Positions 1 through 13,492 are shown, counted from the first letter of the stretch. The stretch is 64,000 nt of DNA from Octopus sinensis (GCF_006345805.1 NC_043008.1:44702001-44766000); one strand, 5' to 3'. The notes: generated by a model not told the origin, from the letters alone. A program made the numbers and translations.

Positions 1-390
1 TTGCCTTAAGAAGTCTTGAAGTTTCAATGGGATTGAACCCAACGCTCCGATCACCACTGGTATCACTTTTACATCACCCTCTCGCATTCCATACTATCTT
101 GCCATTTCTACTTTCAATTCGGAGTACTTGGTGATTGTTTTCAACCTATTTACTCACAACATTTATAATCATGTGCTATGGCTACATCAATGATCTGACA
201 GTATGTGTCTCTCTTATTCAATATTACAATATCCAGCCGACGGTGTTCGTTTACACGATCCGTCTGAAAAATAATAGTCACAGAGTATCGTTAATTTTCC
301 ATTCTCCTGCATAAATTTACTTGGTACACGCTCAAGCCAGTTCTCTGTTACTTCGTATTCGTATTTACGGCATGAGAGCCAATGACGATA
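1..390 (-). mobile_element. R4/Dong-like (RLE-type) non-LTR retrotransposon, degraded C-terminal endonuclease region
   Basis: Minus strand reads HWLSCRKYEYEVTENWLERVPSKFMQENGKLTIL...ELKVEMAR*YGMREGDVKVIPVVIGALGSIPLKLQDFL, matching the RLE C-terminal motifs of this clade; stops and frameshifts are present. Confidence 0.8.
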
Positions 391-1588
391 CACACACACA
401 CAACTTATGGTGTCGGCGTTTGTATTATTTTTGTGCTTTCACCTACTTCCCACACACATTCAGCAGAGGTTTTGTTGCACTTGTGTGGTACATACCAGTT
501 TTCACTGAGTTGGTATTCAATGACTGGACCTGGGCGGCGACCATTAGTCTTTCAGACTTCTTTTTTCAGTCACCCTTCCTGAACCATACAGAGAGAGAGA
601 GAGAGAGAGGAGAGAGTGAGGGGAGATTGAACAAGAGAGAGACAGAGCTGACAAAGTAATAAGCGATTATGTTATGCACTTCATCGGCTTACACCTTTTA
701 CTGCTATAGAATGCAGTGAATTCATAGATGTGCGCTTGACTAACAACCTTGACTAGCATCGGAGCCTCAAAGATGAAATTCTTTCTCTCTCTCTCTCTCT
801 CTTTTACGCTCAGCTGTATAGTTTACAAAAATATTCCTTTTATCTATTAAGCATGGTTAAATGTTTCCAACATCACTCATGATTTGTGGTCGACAGCCAG
901 AAAAAATATTTCGCAATATCAAATTTGTATACCGTTGTATATTCACGAATGCGATGTTGTCGGATACGGTTACTGACATGATGGACATCCATACAAGCAT
1001 ATATATTGACACTTCTCAGCATTTAGTGTCAGAAAAAATATGTCATCGTCAGACTTCCGTACATATGTCGTATTGATAAAGCTTTATAAAAACAATTCAT
1101 ACGAAACTAAAATTAATTCGCTAATGAGGTTGCTTCATTAGTATAACGTAATTAGGAAGAAAATCTGTCCATGCAAAACAGAATAAATCGAAACTTTCGA
1201 CAATTAAACGCGCAATATTTTACTTTGTCTCTCAATGCTTATTTATAAGAGAGAGCATGCGCACGAGTTGATATAAAGACGAACATAGGCACACACGCAT
1301 GCGCTCTTTCACACGCCCCCCCCCCCTTCCACACACACACATATAGATAGATAGGTACATACATACATACATAAAAACTATAGGCATGCAACAGTGTGTG
1401 TATGTGTGCCAATGCCTCTGCCTCTGTGTGTACGTGTGTGTATGGGGGGTGTATGTGTGTGTGTGTATGTGTGTCTACATGTGCGTCAGCGTGTGAGAGA
1501 GCTTCAGCCATTTTATACATATTTCGTATACATCTCTCTTTCCCTTTATCTCATATATATGTGTATATATATATATATATACGTACAT

Positions 1589-1684
<96 letters not shown>

Positions 1685-2004
1685 CGTATATATATGAGCG
1701 TGTGTGTGTGTTTGTCTGTATACTTGTGGAGGAGTAAATATATAGGTGTATGTAGTCGTGTATATGCGCATGCGTGTTTCTGAATGAAAATACGTTTACG
1801 TATGAACCTTAATTTTATTTAACGCGTTTTATATTAAATAAAAGAGCACGGAAACCGGTTTTTTACATAATTTCATTTTAGTTTTTGTCCTCGTAATGAT
1901 AGTGAAATTAATTAAGGCGAGGCACATGCATAACAACATCTGTAGATAATTGATGGACATAAGTTCAATCACGTACAGAAACACACACACACACCAATAA
2001 ATAT

Positions 2005-2005
<1 letters not shown>

Positions 2006-2095
<90 letters not shown>
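2006..2095. repeat. (GATA)n microsatellite
   Basis: Near-perfect tetranucleotide array. Confidence 0.95.
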
Positions 2096-2096
<1 letters not shown>

Positions 2097-3284
2097 TGCA
2101 ACCTTATTGGCCACACATGTCTGAACACAGAAGGGACAAAATACAAAGCAGAGCGTTTCTTTTAGGGAAGGAAAAAAAAAAGCGGTAGAATTTCGATCAA
2201 AAGGGATCGTGAAAAAAAAAGGGAGAAAAGCCGATCAATAGGGATCGTGTATAGCAGATATGCCATAGTGTAAAATGGGAAAAAGATTAGGTTTTTATCC
2301 GTGGAAAGAAAAGCCTACGGAAAAGACCACGGTAACCTCCGGCAATAGTGTCATTCAAAATACAAATTACAGTAAGTTACTCTCTTTTTTCTTTCTTTTT
2401 CTGGTTCATAGGATGATGGTCAAGGTGGCTCTATCATTCACGCGTGCCATCCTTACTCCATTCACCCATCTTTTTTTTAAGCATTCACTAGAAAATAATT
2501 CCCTCTCTTTTCTCACCTTCCTCTTCAAGTAATACTTGAAGAAGTTGATGACAGATTCACCAGATAATTACTAGATAATTATTAACGAATTATAAAGCTG
2601 ATTTATATTTTAAAGAAAAGAAACTAGGAATCTGGCGTGTTGGCCACTATGTGCGTGGCAAGGTAAACCGAAAGATGAGCAGAAGAGTCTTTGCAAACAT
2701 GAATGAAAGCAACAGAAAATTATTCACTAAATCACCGAATCATTTTTTATTTATATTTTATTCAGAATTGTCAACTTATTAAAGCCTGAAGATTCTAGCA
2801 GCGGAAAATAGCTGCAACTATAACGAATATTATGTATATATTGAATATTTTTAATAATTTTTAACCATTTACTTTATCTAACGTAATAACTCCTTTAAAT
2901 TTGTTTTAGAAATAATGTGTTTGTTAAAATAGTTGCAGAAATATTACTCCATGGATATATCTACATGCTTTGAGGCTATTTATGCTTTATATCATTAAAT
3001 ATTAACAGTCTTCATTGCATATTTTTGTTCATAGCTGGTCGCTTAAACAAATATTTAGTGAAAGTCTAATATCTTAACTGGTATCTCTAATACTAACAAA
3101 CATCCAAAGAAAATTTGATGCTTTTCATAGAAGGCGTTAGACCGGAACAAGATACCCATTACCAACTACTTGCATTTCCATAACACTTTTTGATGCTCAC
3201 CGTAAACATATTTATACAGTACACAGTTGTTATATAACAGTAATACAAAATACGCTCAGTTTCTCTCTCTCTCACACACACACA

Positions 3285-3325
<41 letters not shown>

Positions 3326-3774
3326 TGAACCTATATAAATATGTACTAGCAGTATCGCTCGGCGTTGTTCGGGTTTGTTTCGACCCTTTAGAATTGGAAT
3401 TTTTGAAAAGTAAAAATTTTGCATTATGCAGCTTGTTATTCTCTTTAAGTGAACATTTTTCTGGTTGAAATACACCGAAAAATGGCGACACAGCAGTCAA
3501 AACATCTTTAAAATAGGGATTTCCATAGAAAAACAACACCCTTTTGATGTAAATAATTTTTGGTGTTAACATGGTCAGATTTGAAATTTTTCTTCTACGG
3601 AAGGAAGAGCAAGTCTTCTTCTATCATACTTTCAATTTTCGTCAACTTGCACCGCAGGGTCTCGGAGGAGATAGTGTTAGTTGAAGGCTACCAAACCTGC
3701 CATACACAGACAACTTCAGCTTTATATATATACAGATATAACTGTTCATGTATATATGTATGCATGGATGGTTT

Positions 3775-3935
3775 TTAAGATTGTGGTTTCGAAACCTGGA
3801 CCGGGCAAAGCGGTTTGTTCTTGAGCAAAGCACTTCTCTTCACGTTGGTCCAGTGGCGATGGAATACAGTAGTAACCATGGTACGGAAAAAAGTCCTGTC
3901 CAGGGGGGAATATAGACACCAAAGAAGAGACAATC
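3775..3935 (+). mobile_element. Degraded tRNA-derived SINE (family C), head truncated
   Basis: B-box-like GGTTTCGAAACC, CORE-like GTTCTTGAGCAAAGCACTT and 3' GTCCAGGGGGGAA, resembling the 40424-40715 copy. Confidence 0.5.
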
Positions 3936-4859
3936 CATGTGTACATCCACACACGCACACACGTACATATACATGGGGTTTGAATGTGTGTGCATGTATA
4001 TATATATAAACACAGATACACACGCAAACGCACGCCCACACACACACATATATATATACATGCATATCTTAAAACAAGTAGTAAGATAAATATATTGAGA
4101 CAGACAGACAGACAAAGAGGTGGATAAATAGATAGATAGATAGAGAGAGAGAGAGTGTGTGTTTGAGAGAGAGAAAGACGGGTGGAGAGAGTTAGAAAGT
4201 TAAGCACTGATAAAAAAATATTTGTTGGCGGAAATTATAACGCCATTGTTTTGTTTAGTTTCAGGAGATGCGCCTTATTCAAGCTGACGAAACACGATAT
4301 GCCGAAACGTTTGAGTTCCAGAATCCCTTGAGTCAATGAGCCGAGTGTGTTATAAACACACCATCGTCGAAAGAGGGATAAGTTGCCCTCCCTAAACATA
4401 CACAACCGTAAGTAGAGCATTTTACGTACGGAATGTATAAAAAGAAATACGAAATGGTCTTATATAGAAGTCTTACGCATGCCATTATAAGAGCCAAACA
4501 TGATTTACAACTTCGATTGAATGAATTTGTTTGAAGGCTTCACAACAATATCCCCAATTGTGGCACTTTTTTTCCTACATTTGGATTTCCCACCTCGATG
4601 TGGTACACAACACTTTCAATACAAAGATACACATAGCGGCCAAATATGTGAAAGAAGAACCAACGTTTGTTTTTTATCAAAATATAAACCGCCGTCATTA
4701 AGAAAGAAAGGAAAGACATAAAATAAAGCAGAATACAATAAAATATTGTCTGAAAGAAGACAAAATGATGACGGCTTCCATAAACCTGATCACATGTCTC
4801 CTTGAACAAGGCTGACCCAAAGTGATTGAAAAGCATCCAGAGCGCAGACGAAATAATGA

Positions 4860-4989
4860 ATATAGATGAATGTATATATATACATTTATATATATACATA
4901 TATATATGTACATACATACATATATATATACAGATATATGTATATATACACATATATATATATACATATATATGTTATATATATACATA

Positions 4990-5032
<43 letters not shown>

Positions 5033-5210
5033 TATATAAATATACAGATATATAGATATATTTATATATATGTATATATATATGCATACATATATATATA
5101 TATGTATATATATATGTATGCGTGTATGTGTGTATTTATGTATAATAAATATACATACGTATTATCTATGTATGCAGGTATGTATGTATGCAAAACTGTA
5201 GTTAAAAAAA

Positions 5211-5266
<56 letters not shown>

Positions 5267-5889
5267 TTGTGTATTTATGTATATCGTGTATGAGTTTGTG
5301 TGTGTGTGTGATTGTAGACAGGCAGACATGTGATGTCGTAGTGCAATAATCTACCTTTGTAGTACGAGTTAATATTTTCGCAAAAGTAATTCTTGCTAAT
5401 GCATTTGGACAATAAATAGTTCTTCGTGAATGAACTTTCTAAAAATATGGACCAACCAAATCCGATAGTGATTTTTTTCGAATTATTTTTTCATCTCATA
5501 CTATCTCTTCCCCCTCACCGCCAGCAGCCTTTCTTTTCCTGTCTATTTAGTTAAATATATGAAATAAATGAGAATTGGTTAGATACCTCGTCTATTTATA
5601 ATAAGGTCTAGCAGAAATAGTCGCCATTTCCAAATATATATATTTTGTTACTATCTATATGTGGGGTTCGTAACATTCATAGATTAAATGTAAAGTGTTT
5701 TATAGGTATATGTGTCTCAATTTATATATGCATATATATATATATATATATATATATACACGCACATAAATACATATACATAAATACATATACACACGTA
5801 CACATACACCTATATATATTTATCTATCTATCTATATATACATATATACATATAAACGTATTAAGAAATGCATATATGTACATATATAC

Positions 5890-5929
<40 letters not shown>

Positions 5930-6140
5930 ATATTATAGATATAGATAGATATAGGTGTATTTGTATTAATGTGCATATATATGACTATATATGTATGCTT
6001 ATTAATACACTAATATGCGTATATATCTGTATACATGCGTATCTACACATCCGTCTCTCGCTCCCCGAACATACCCACACAACTATACACACACAGACAC
6101 ACATACACGTAAACGTTCATCTGCCTCACTTTTGCGCTTG

Positions 6141-6195
<55 letters not shown>

Positions 6196-6214
6196 AGTAT
6201 GTGTGTGTGTGTGT

Positions 6215-6281
<67 letters not shown>

Positions 6282-6300
6282 TATATACACATGAATATAT
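4860..6300. repeat. Compound (TA)n/(TG)n/(CA)n/(CT)n microsatellite clusters
   Basis: Long dinucleotide arrays at about 4860-5310 and 5700-6300. Confidence 0.9.
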
Positions 6301-7178
6301 TTTCATAGACGTGTGTACACACAAACCAAAGCGCATTACTTTTATAGGTGTATATTGTATAGAGCTATGTGATGTATTAATCTACTTACGTGTTCTATCA
6401 TATGATTTTACTCAGCACACTCGTGGTGTGTTTGTTCTTTGTTTTTTTCTCTCTCTCTCTATCAGAAATGAGATCGCATTTTACCATCACCTTTCGACAC
6501 TTTCCTCACCTTAACCTTTCATGTCTACCAAGGCTAATTCCATACCTTTCCTCCGTGACTTGTAACAGCATTGGTAAATCAACGTTCTGCAACTCGCAGC
6601 CTAGTTTTCTATTTTCTCATTACTAGTTTATAGCAAAATCGTAAACGATCGCCAGACGGCGACTCTGGCGTCTTCAAAATAAGATTATACTCTAACAGAA
6701 CGACCGAAATATTGAATTAAAATTCCAAACACTAGCTTTAATCATTTTATGTATACGTTTACAAATAAATGGTATATGAATTATTTTTTCATTATGCTTT
6801 ATTATTCACATTGTATTCCGGCTTTATCTTGCTAAATATTTCTGAAACAAAAATAGATATTAAAGAATGGAATAGCCAATAAAGTGTCTATTCAAATACG
6901 AGTATAATTCATCTGGTTGTATTTTTAGTTTGTGCACGCAATACATTGGAACACACGCGAGCTGTTTTATATCGCAGAGTGAGAATTATAGAGATATTCA
7001 GCTTCAAACGGGCGCGTGCACACACATACATGCACACACGTGCACACGCATACTCACATATGCACATACACGTGCGACGCACACTCTCACACGTATATAT
7101 ATACACACACGCATGTATGTTTTTGTTGTGTGGGTGTTTGTGCGAGTGTGTGCTTGTGTGTGTGTGCGAGTGTGTGTA

Positions 7179-7211
<33 letters not shown>

Positions 7212-7261
7212 ATGTATGTGTGTGTGTGTGTTTGTGTGTCTGTGTAGGTATGTATGTATAT

Positions 7262-7430
7262 ATGTATGTAAGCGACGAAATTCTTTCACTGACCGTCTAC
7301 CAAATCCTCTCAGAAGCCTTCCATCGACCCAAATCTATAATAGAAGACTTTTGCCGAAGTTGGCACGCAGAGGCATAGCCTGGAACCATGTGGTTGAGAA
7401 GCAAGTTTCGTACCACAAAACCACGTCTGC
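7262..7430 (-). mobile_element. SINE family B, degraded 5' half
   Basis: CCGTCTACCAAATCC and GGAACCATGTGGTTG match the intact family B copies at 33352-33733 and 47085-47475. Confidence 0.6.
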
Positions 7431-7509
7431 AACAACTTTATTATAACCGTCGCTTCTTCGTGTGTTTATAATTAATATTTTCTCAAAACAAACCATTAAT
7501 ATAATGTTA

Positions 7510-7812
7510 AAACACTCACCGGTAAAAATTTCCACTTATTTCATATTTTTACTCTCCTAAAATTTTCACTGCGTCTTGCATCCTTTTGAATAGTCTTGAC
7601 TTTGTCCGTTATTCAAGACTATTGAAATGGTTGCGAGATGCAACGAAAATTTTAGGAGATCAAAAATATGAAATAAATGGAAATTTCACCGGTGAGTGTG
7701 TTATATCGTAAGGCACAAAAAGAAAACGACTCTCCCCAGACACAACAGAATATGCTTCAACACACGAAATCATATAAAGAATCCTGCGAACCAAATCCAA
7801 AAACGAAATATA
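7510..7812. mobile_element. Head-to-head palindromic repeat (arms about 7510-7600 and 7613-7702, + arm continues to about 7812); same family as 20245-20528
   Basis: AACACTCACCGGT...GAATAGTCTTGA is inverted to TCAAGACTATTG...ACCGGTGAGTGTGTT; the + arm extension (AAGGCAC...CCCCAG...CAACACACGAA...AAATCC) recurs at 20430-20525. Confidence 0.75.
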
Positions 7813-9014
7813 ATGTTAAAAAATATTAGTAAAATATGTGCGTTACACATGTATCGTTATTGCAGTTTGACAAAAATGCAATGAGATCTTGCTTTTATTT
7901 GTAAGAGAAACAAAAGCTTTTAAATTAATTATTTATGAGCAATCATGAAATAACCTTCTTTGGGTGAGGTTACGTCTATAGTATCGAAGGACACACCACT
8001 AGTCTTCATTCTACAATACTTGTTTTATAATTCAATCAATCATGGAAATTGTAATTACGACCTCTAATGTTATCGCTAAGAAATACATCTTGTATGTAAA
8101 AGAAAGACTTCTAAGTCTTATACTAATTGTTATTAACTTATGTTGCTCTCGTTTCTCTCTTCCCACCTTAGAATCATTGTATGCTTCTTTCCTAACGTTC
8201 GTCCTACTACTACTGCTGTCACATTACGACACCAAATTTAGAGACTTGTTAAGCGGTTTTCACAAACAGAAACGTGATGTTAATTTTCTTTATATAATTT
8301 AAAGTTTTATTATTAAATTAGTTCGAGTGTCTGTCAGTGTTTCCTGCTCTGGTGTAGTGACTATTCTTTCGGTTGAAGGTAAAATGAATGAACATACGCT
8401 AGACAAATGTGAATATACATACATAGCGTGATTCACCGAAACTCAGCTTTAGATTTCGCTAGTAAACCGAAAATTAAACAAAGACTCATTCAACATATAG
8501 ACAAATTTCAGGAAAACAAAGTAGAGATGGATAGGTAAAGAGATAGTTGACAATCGATATATTTATAAATAGTTTATTCCACACTAAGTCAACGAGAAAG
8601 AAAAGAAAGGCGAGTAATTCTACTGAGGCCGCACAATCAAGCTCTATAGGAAATTATTTGTTCCTGCTAACACGCAACGGTTTTAAATTTAGTATTTCGT
8701 CTGAACGAGAAAGTAAATAAAACTATTCCGGAAAACTAAAAAGACCAAGAAAAAAAAAGACAAAAATTACTTCTTCGAAAGTTATGTCATCGTTTATGCA
8801 GCATACCACAAATAGTTTGATGTATTTGATGTGGGAGGAAATAGGAAGAGCGAATGGGGGAGAGTTTGTCAAGATCCAAAACTATATTTATAGTTGGGAC
8901 AGGGAAGTTGTATAACAATACAGAAGCTATTTTACTTTTCTTTAAACACAGTGTATAAATCTAATTACATTTCTAGTGTAAATGGTTCAATCCGGGAATA
9001 CATTTAAGCAGTTT

Positions 9015-9156
9015 GATATCTATCTCTGTATATGCCTGTCTGTCAGTATATCTGTCTACCTGTCTGCCTGTCTATCTATCTACCTATCTATCTATCCGCC
9101 TGTCTGTCTGTCTATGTATTCATCTGCCTGTCTGTCTATCTATCTATCTATCTATA

Positions 9157-9190
<34 letters not shown>

Positions 9191-9243
9191 CCTGTCTGTC
9201 TTTCTGTCTACCTGTCTGTATGTCTATCTATCTATCTATTTAC

Positions 9244-9295
<52 letters not shown>

Positions 9296-9480
9296 TTACC
9301 TATCTATCTATTTATCTAGCTATCCGTCTGTTTGTCTGTCTATCTATGTATCGATCGATCTATCATCTATATCTATATACCAATTTACTTAGACGTATAT
9401 ATATATATATGTTTGTGTGTGTGTGTGTATTTGTATAGATAGATAGATAAAAGGGTAGATAGATAGATAGAAAGATAGAT
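9015..9480. repeat. (TCTA/TCTG)n and (GATA)n compound microsatellite
   Basis: Direct inspection. Confidence 0.9.
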
Positions 9481-9489
9481 AAAACATCG

Positions 9490-9712
9490 CCATGTTGATT
9501 CGCTAGCTTCTGCACGCATTTTTTTTCTCTCCTTGTTTCTCTCCGTGTTTCTTTTCTGTATATCTTTCTGTTGAAGAGCGTAGGCTCGAAACGTAAAAGA
9601 CTTGTTTTATTTATATTCCTGAGCGCCATACTAATACAATTGTTTGTTTGTATTCCACCTGCCTTCGTCTTTTGTTTATTTTCATAAAGCTTCCCGGTAT
9701 GCATATATAAAT
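9490..9712 (+). mobile_element. Short repeat resembling a Penelope pseudo-LTR with a hammerhead-like motif (copy 1)
   Basis: About 220 bp nearly identical to the reverse complement of 13911-14145; contains the HHR-like fold at 9563-9600; embedded in microsatellites. Confidence 0.7.
9563..9600 (+). ncRNA. Minimal type-I hammerhead-ribozyme-like motif, core variant CUGUUGA
   Basis: TCTTT-CTGTTGA-A-GAGC(GTAG)GCTC-GAA-ACGT-A-AAAGA: 5-bp stem I, 4-bp stem II, palindromic ACGT stem III, GUA triplet. Confidence 0.6.
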
Positions 9713-10554
9713 ACAGATACACACAGATACATTCACACACATACGTATATGCGTGTAGGTGTATATATTACGCAGGTGAAAATCGCACTCATTTGAGTCC
9801 ACTTCCGGCCTGGTCACTAGAAATACATTTTGGGCTCTGCGCAACACGCATTCTCACTAATTCCCCATTTTCTCTCTCGTTCCTCAACATTCATTCTTCA
9901 CTCTGTATCACTTTATGATGACGGACTTAAGCTTAAAAAATCAATAATAGTTTGCCATTTCAATCTTTCGCTGAACGGTTATCTAAAATATACGTCTTGT
10001 CTCTTGTTTCGTTATTTCGTAGTAAATTTTCAAGCAACGTGCGTTTATATGTAATCAAGTGTTGGCCAATGTCTAGAAATATATTCTATAAGCAAATATC
10101 ATGTGAAACCCGAGATTTGTAGGTTTTTGATGTCACTGTTGCTTCCAACTTAGTCCAAACCATTCTGTAGCATTCCAGTTTTGAGTATCCAGTTTATACT
10201 TAAGGTGTAATACACAGAGCACTACAATAATTTAGATAAATATAACGTTCAACCATTTTAAGAAGCATTGTGTGATTTGAGGGAGATACGTCTTTTATTT
10301 ATAGTACGTCAACTAACAACGTAGAAGCTTTGATCATGGCTCGATATATGTTCAGTGCTTTAAGAGATAGAGAATAAAATGACCTATTGGTGAAAGCTAA
10401 AAATGATCAATGAAATACCAGAAAAAAGTAGCAAAATATTTACGAAGATCATACTATGGCTCAAAAGTTCTCAAGAAATACCTACTTAATTAATGCATTC
10501 ATTAATTAACCACACCTAGCTCAATCATGCTTGTTATAAGTGACAATGAAGATA

Positions 10555-10785
10555 GGCGGCGAGCTGGCAGAAACGTTGGCACGCCGGGCGAAATGCGCAG
10601 CCGTATTTCGTCTGCCGTTACGTTCTGAGTTCAAATTACGCCGAAGTCGACTTTGCCTTTCATCCTTTCGGAGTCGATAAATTAAGCACCAGTTACGCAT
10701 TGGGGTCGATATAATCGACTTAATCCGTTTATCTCTCCTTGTTTTTCCTCTCTGTGTTTAACCCCTTGTGGGCTGTAATAAAATA
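10555..10785 (+). mobile_element. tRNA-derived SINE family A, full length
   Basis: A-box TGGCAGAAACGTTGG, B-box GAGTTCAAATTAC, body GCCTTTCATCCTTTCGGAGTCGATAAATTAAG; many copies in the window. Confidence 0.9.
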
Positions 10786-12236
10786 TATGTGACACTTCTG
10801 CACGTGTTTCTGCAGTGTAAAATATCTCTTCAGCTGAGCATAAACTACTCCGCGCTTGCTAAGATCAGATTAATATATTAACATGAGTCATTGCGTTGAT
10901 GTTTCCTGTTCGGTACCCGAAAACTGTAGAGCTTTGGTTTGGTTGATTTATGGTATGTATTCCAACTCTCAGCGCCGTAATTTCAACTCCCGCCCATGTC
11001 ATATTTTTTTTCTTTTTGGTTTTTCTCCTGGTACCTATAAACAAGTACCAATCTGGGAGCGGGGTAGATAGGCATATTCAAGGGTATAACACATTATAGT
11101 AATTGTTCTAGTTTCTTCAATTGTGAATACAGATCTGGTCAAGATATTCGGTCGTGTGTTCATTTTCCGGCGACACGTCTTCGAATGAGACATGTTCTTT
11201 AAATGAAATATTAAACATGATTTGTGGTAATTTGGTGGTTATTTCTAGTAGGAATAGTGACCACATCCACAACGAGGTCCAGTCCTTGATACAGTGTGAT
11301 GGCTTTGATGCCTCAATGACTCTGAGATCTAAGTCAGCGGAGGGCAAACTTATGGCGGAGCTTTCCATATTGTACAAGTCAAAGATAGTCGTCAGAATAA
11401 TACTGACCACCTCGTCACAGACGTAACAATGAGTTTGCATAGGGACAACATTTCCAACTAGAAAAAACTAGTCACAGAAGCTCCGTTGGCAATTCGAAAC
11501 CAACAAGATCACGTCATAGCCTTCCCACAGAAATAGACAAATAGGTCATACCTCACTGGAGTCAAGACGTTAGCAGGAACATCGTCGATGACCTATCGTC
11601 CATAGGAAACGATGGAATTAGGCAAGAATTTACGAGCGCCAAAATAGAGGTTCCATCATGATTCCTTGATACATTGTGCCACTGAGATATTACTATGCGT
11701 CTGTCATATTTTAATCAGGTTTTTGAAACAATAGTAATGTAAATAACATCGGCTTCACTGATCGTTTCCTTAATAAAGCGCCATCTTTCCACTAGATTGA
11801 AAATCAAAATGAAAAAAAAAAAGAAATATTTTGTAGAAGTATTTTCGCACGTAATTGATTTGGCGTCAAACAGGAATCGATAGTGAGATATGAAATATTC
11901 TCGCCCCAAGCTAACACGTTTATATTCCATAACCTCGTAGCTTCGAAAAACATGATTAAACAGTGTTTCTAAATTGTATCCTTTATTGGATTTAGGTCAT
12001 GTATTTTCATCTGTAAGGTTCCCTCGAACTTTCTCGCATTATATTAATCACAAATTAAAATGCTATGCCTACGGACGATGAATTCCGTTATTATCACTCC
12101 ATAAATGATTACGGATTATCTTGAAAGCTGAATCTAAAAAAACAATAAAATATTGAGTCTCAAAATACTATTTTATTAAATTAATGATATTCGATCCCGT
12201 ATTATATTTGTCTGTTGGTGAGTGTGTATGTGTGTG

Positions 12237-12275
<39 letters not shown>

Positions 12276-12566
12276 CTTGTGTGCATGTGTTTGTATGTGT
12301 GTGTGTCGTTGTCTGTGTTAGTTTAATATACAATTCCAATTACATTCCAGAATTTTCCTCCAATGCATCTGATATTTCGCTATTAGATAGCAAAGAAATT
12401 GTGGCGAGTTACAATACTACATAATCTTACGGGTTTTTTCAATTAGTTGCGGAGGAAATAACGTGTCTATCTATCTATCTATACACATATACAAACACAC
12501 GCATACATATATATGTGTGTATGTGAGAGTGCGTGTGTGTACATGTCAGCATTTTGTAACGTTAAA

Positions 12567-12976
12567 CCTATTTCTTTACTACCCACAAGGGGCAAAACAC
12601 AGAGAGGATAAACAAGGACAGACAAACGGATTAAATCGATTATATCGACCCCAGTGCGTAACTGGTACTTATTTAATCGACCTCGAAATGATGAAAGGCA
12701 AAGTCGACATCGGCGGAATTTGAACTCAGAACGTAGTGGCAGACGAAATACCTATTTCTTTATTACCCACAAGGGGCTAAACATAGAGGGGACAAACAAA
12801 GACATACATAGGTATTAAGTCGATTACATCGACCCCGGTGCGTAACTGGTACTTATTTAATCGACCTCGAAAGGATGAAAGGCAAAGTCGACCTCGGCGG
12901 AATTTGAACTCAGAACGTAGTGGCAGACGAAATACCGCTAAGCATTTCGCCCGGCCGGCTAACGATTCTGCCAGCT
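12567..12976 (-). mobile_element. SINE family A tandem dimer (full unit plus headless 184-bp unit)
   Basis: CCTATTTCTTT recurs at 12567 and 12751; the second unit lacks the A-box head. Confidence 0.9.
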
Positions 12977-13044
12977 ACGTTATACCGTAAAGGAAAATTA
13001 TAGTTGTCAACTAAACTTTAATAAGGGTGTGAAGAACACCTGGA

Positions 13045-13340
13045 TTGCTAGAAATAGGTTCTAAAATGTTCCAATATACACTGGTACGAGCTCCAATCGC
13101 CCCGAACACCAAACCGAGATTTCCTTTGATTGACCGGCCAGTTTCGTCTATATCCGTAGCCATCTTCAATAAAACCAGCTCGTACGAGCTGGCCTTACTG
13201 AAGATGACTACGGAAATAGCCGAAACTGACCACTCAACGGAATTCCCCGTTCGGTGCTCGAGTCGATTGCAGCCTCTTTCAGAGTATATGTTATGTGCTT
13301 TGTAACAGCATTTGAGCATTTTAGCACCAATTTCTAGCAA
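13045..13340. mobile_element. Imperfect about 300-bp palindrome with a degenerate HHR-like motif in each arm
   Basis: Termini TTGCTAGAAAT...ATTTCTAGCAA, perfect 18-bp central palindrome CCAGCTCGTACGAGCTGG (13175-13192); the ORFs on both strands start MLEIG.KM because of the symmetry. Confidence 0.8.
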
Positions 13341-13419
13341 TGTTGGTGCCTCAAAATCCTAACCATTAAGCCATGCACTTCCATATTTACATAAAAAGGT
13401 ATATAGACATTGGTCTCTC

Positions 13420-13428
13420 TCCCTCTCT

Positions 13429-13492
<64 letters not shown>

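Noticed and set aside
6643-6678. Minus-strand TTGAAGA-GCCAGA/TCTGGC hairpin resembling an HHR
   Set aside because: GAAA is replaced by GATC and there is no stem I; a single degraded copy cannot support the call.
11117-11700. Overlapping ORFs in complex sequence (107 aa minus, 90 aa plus)
   Set aside because: No recognisable domain or convincing splice signals in any frame; a BLASTx search would be needed.
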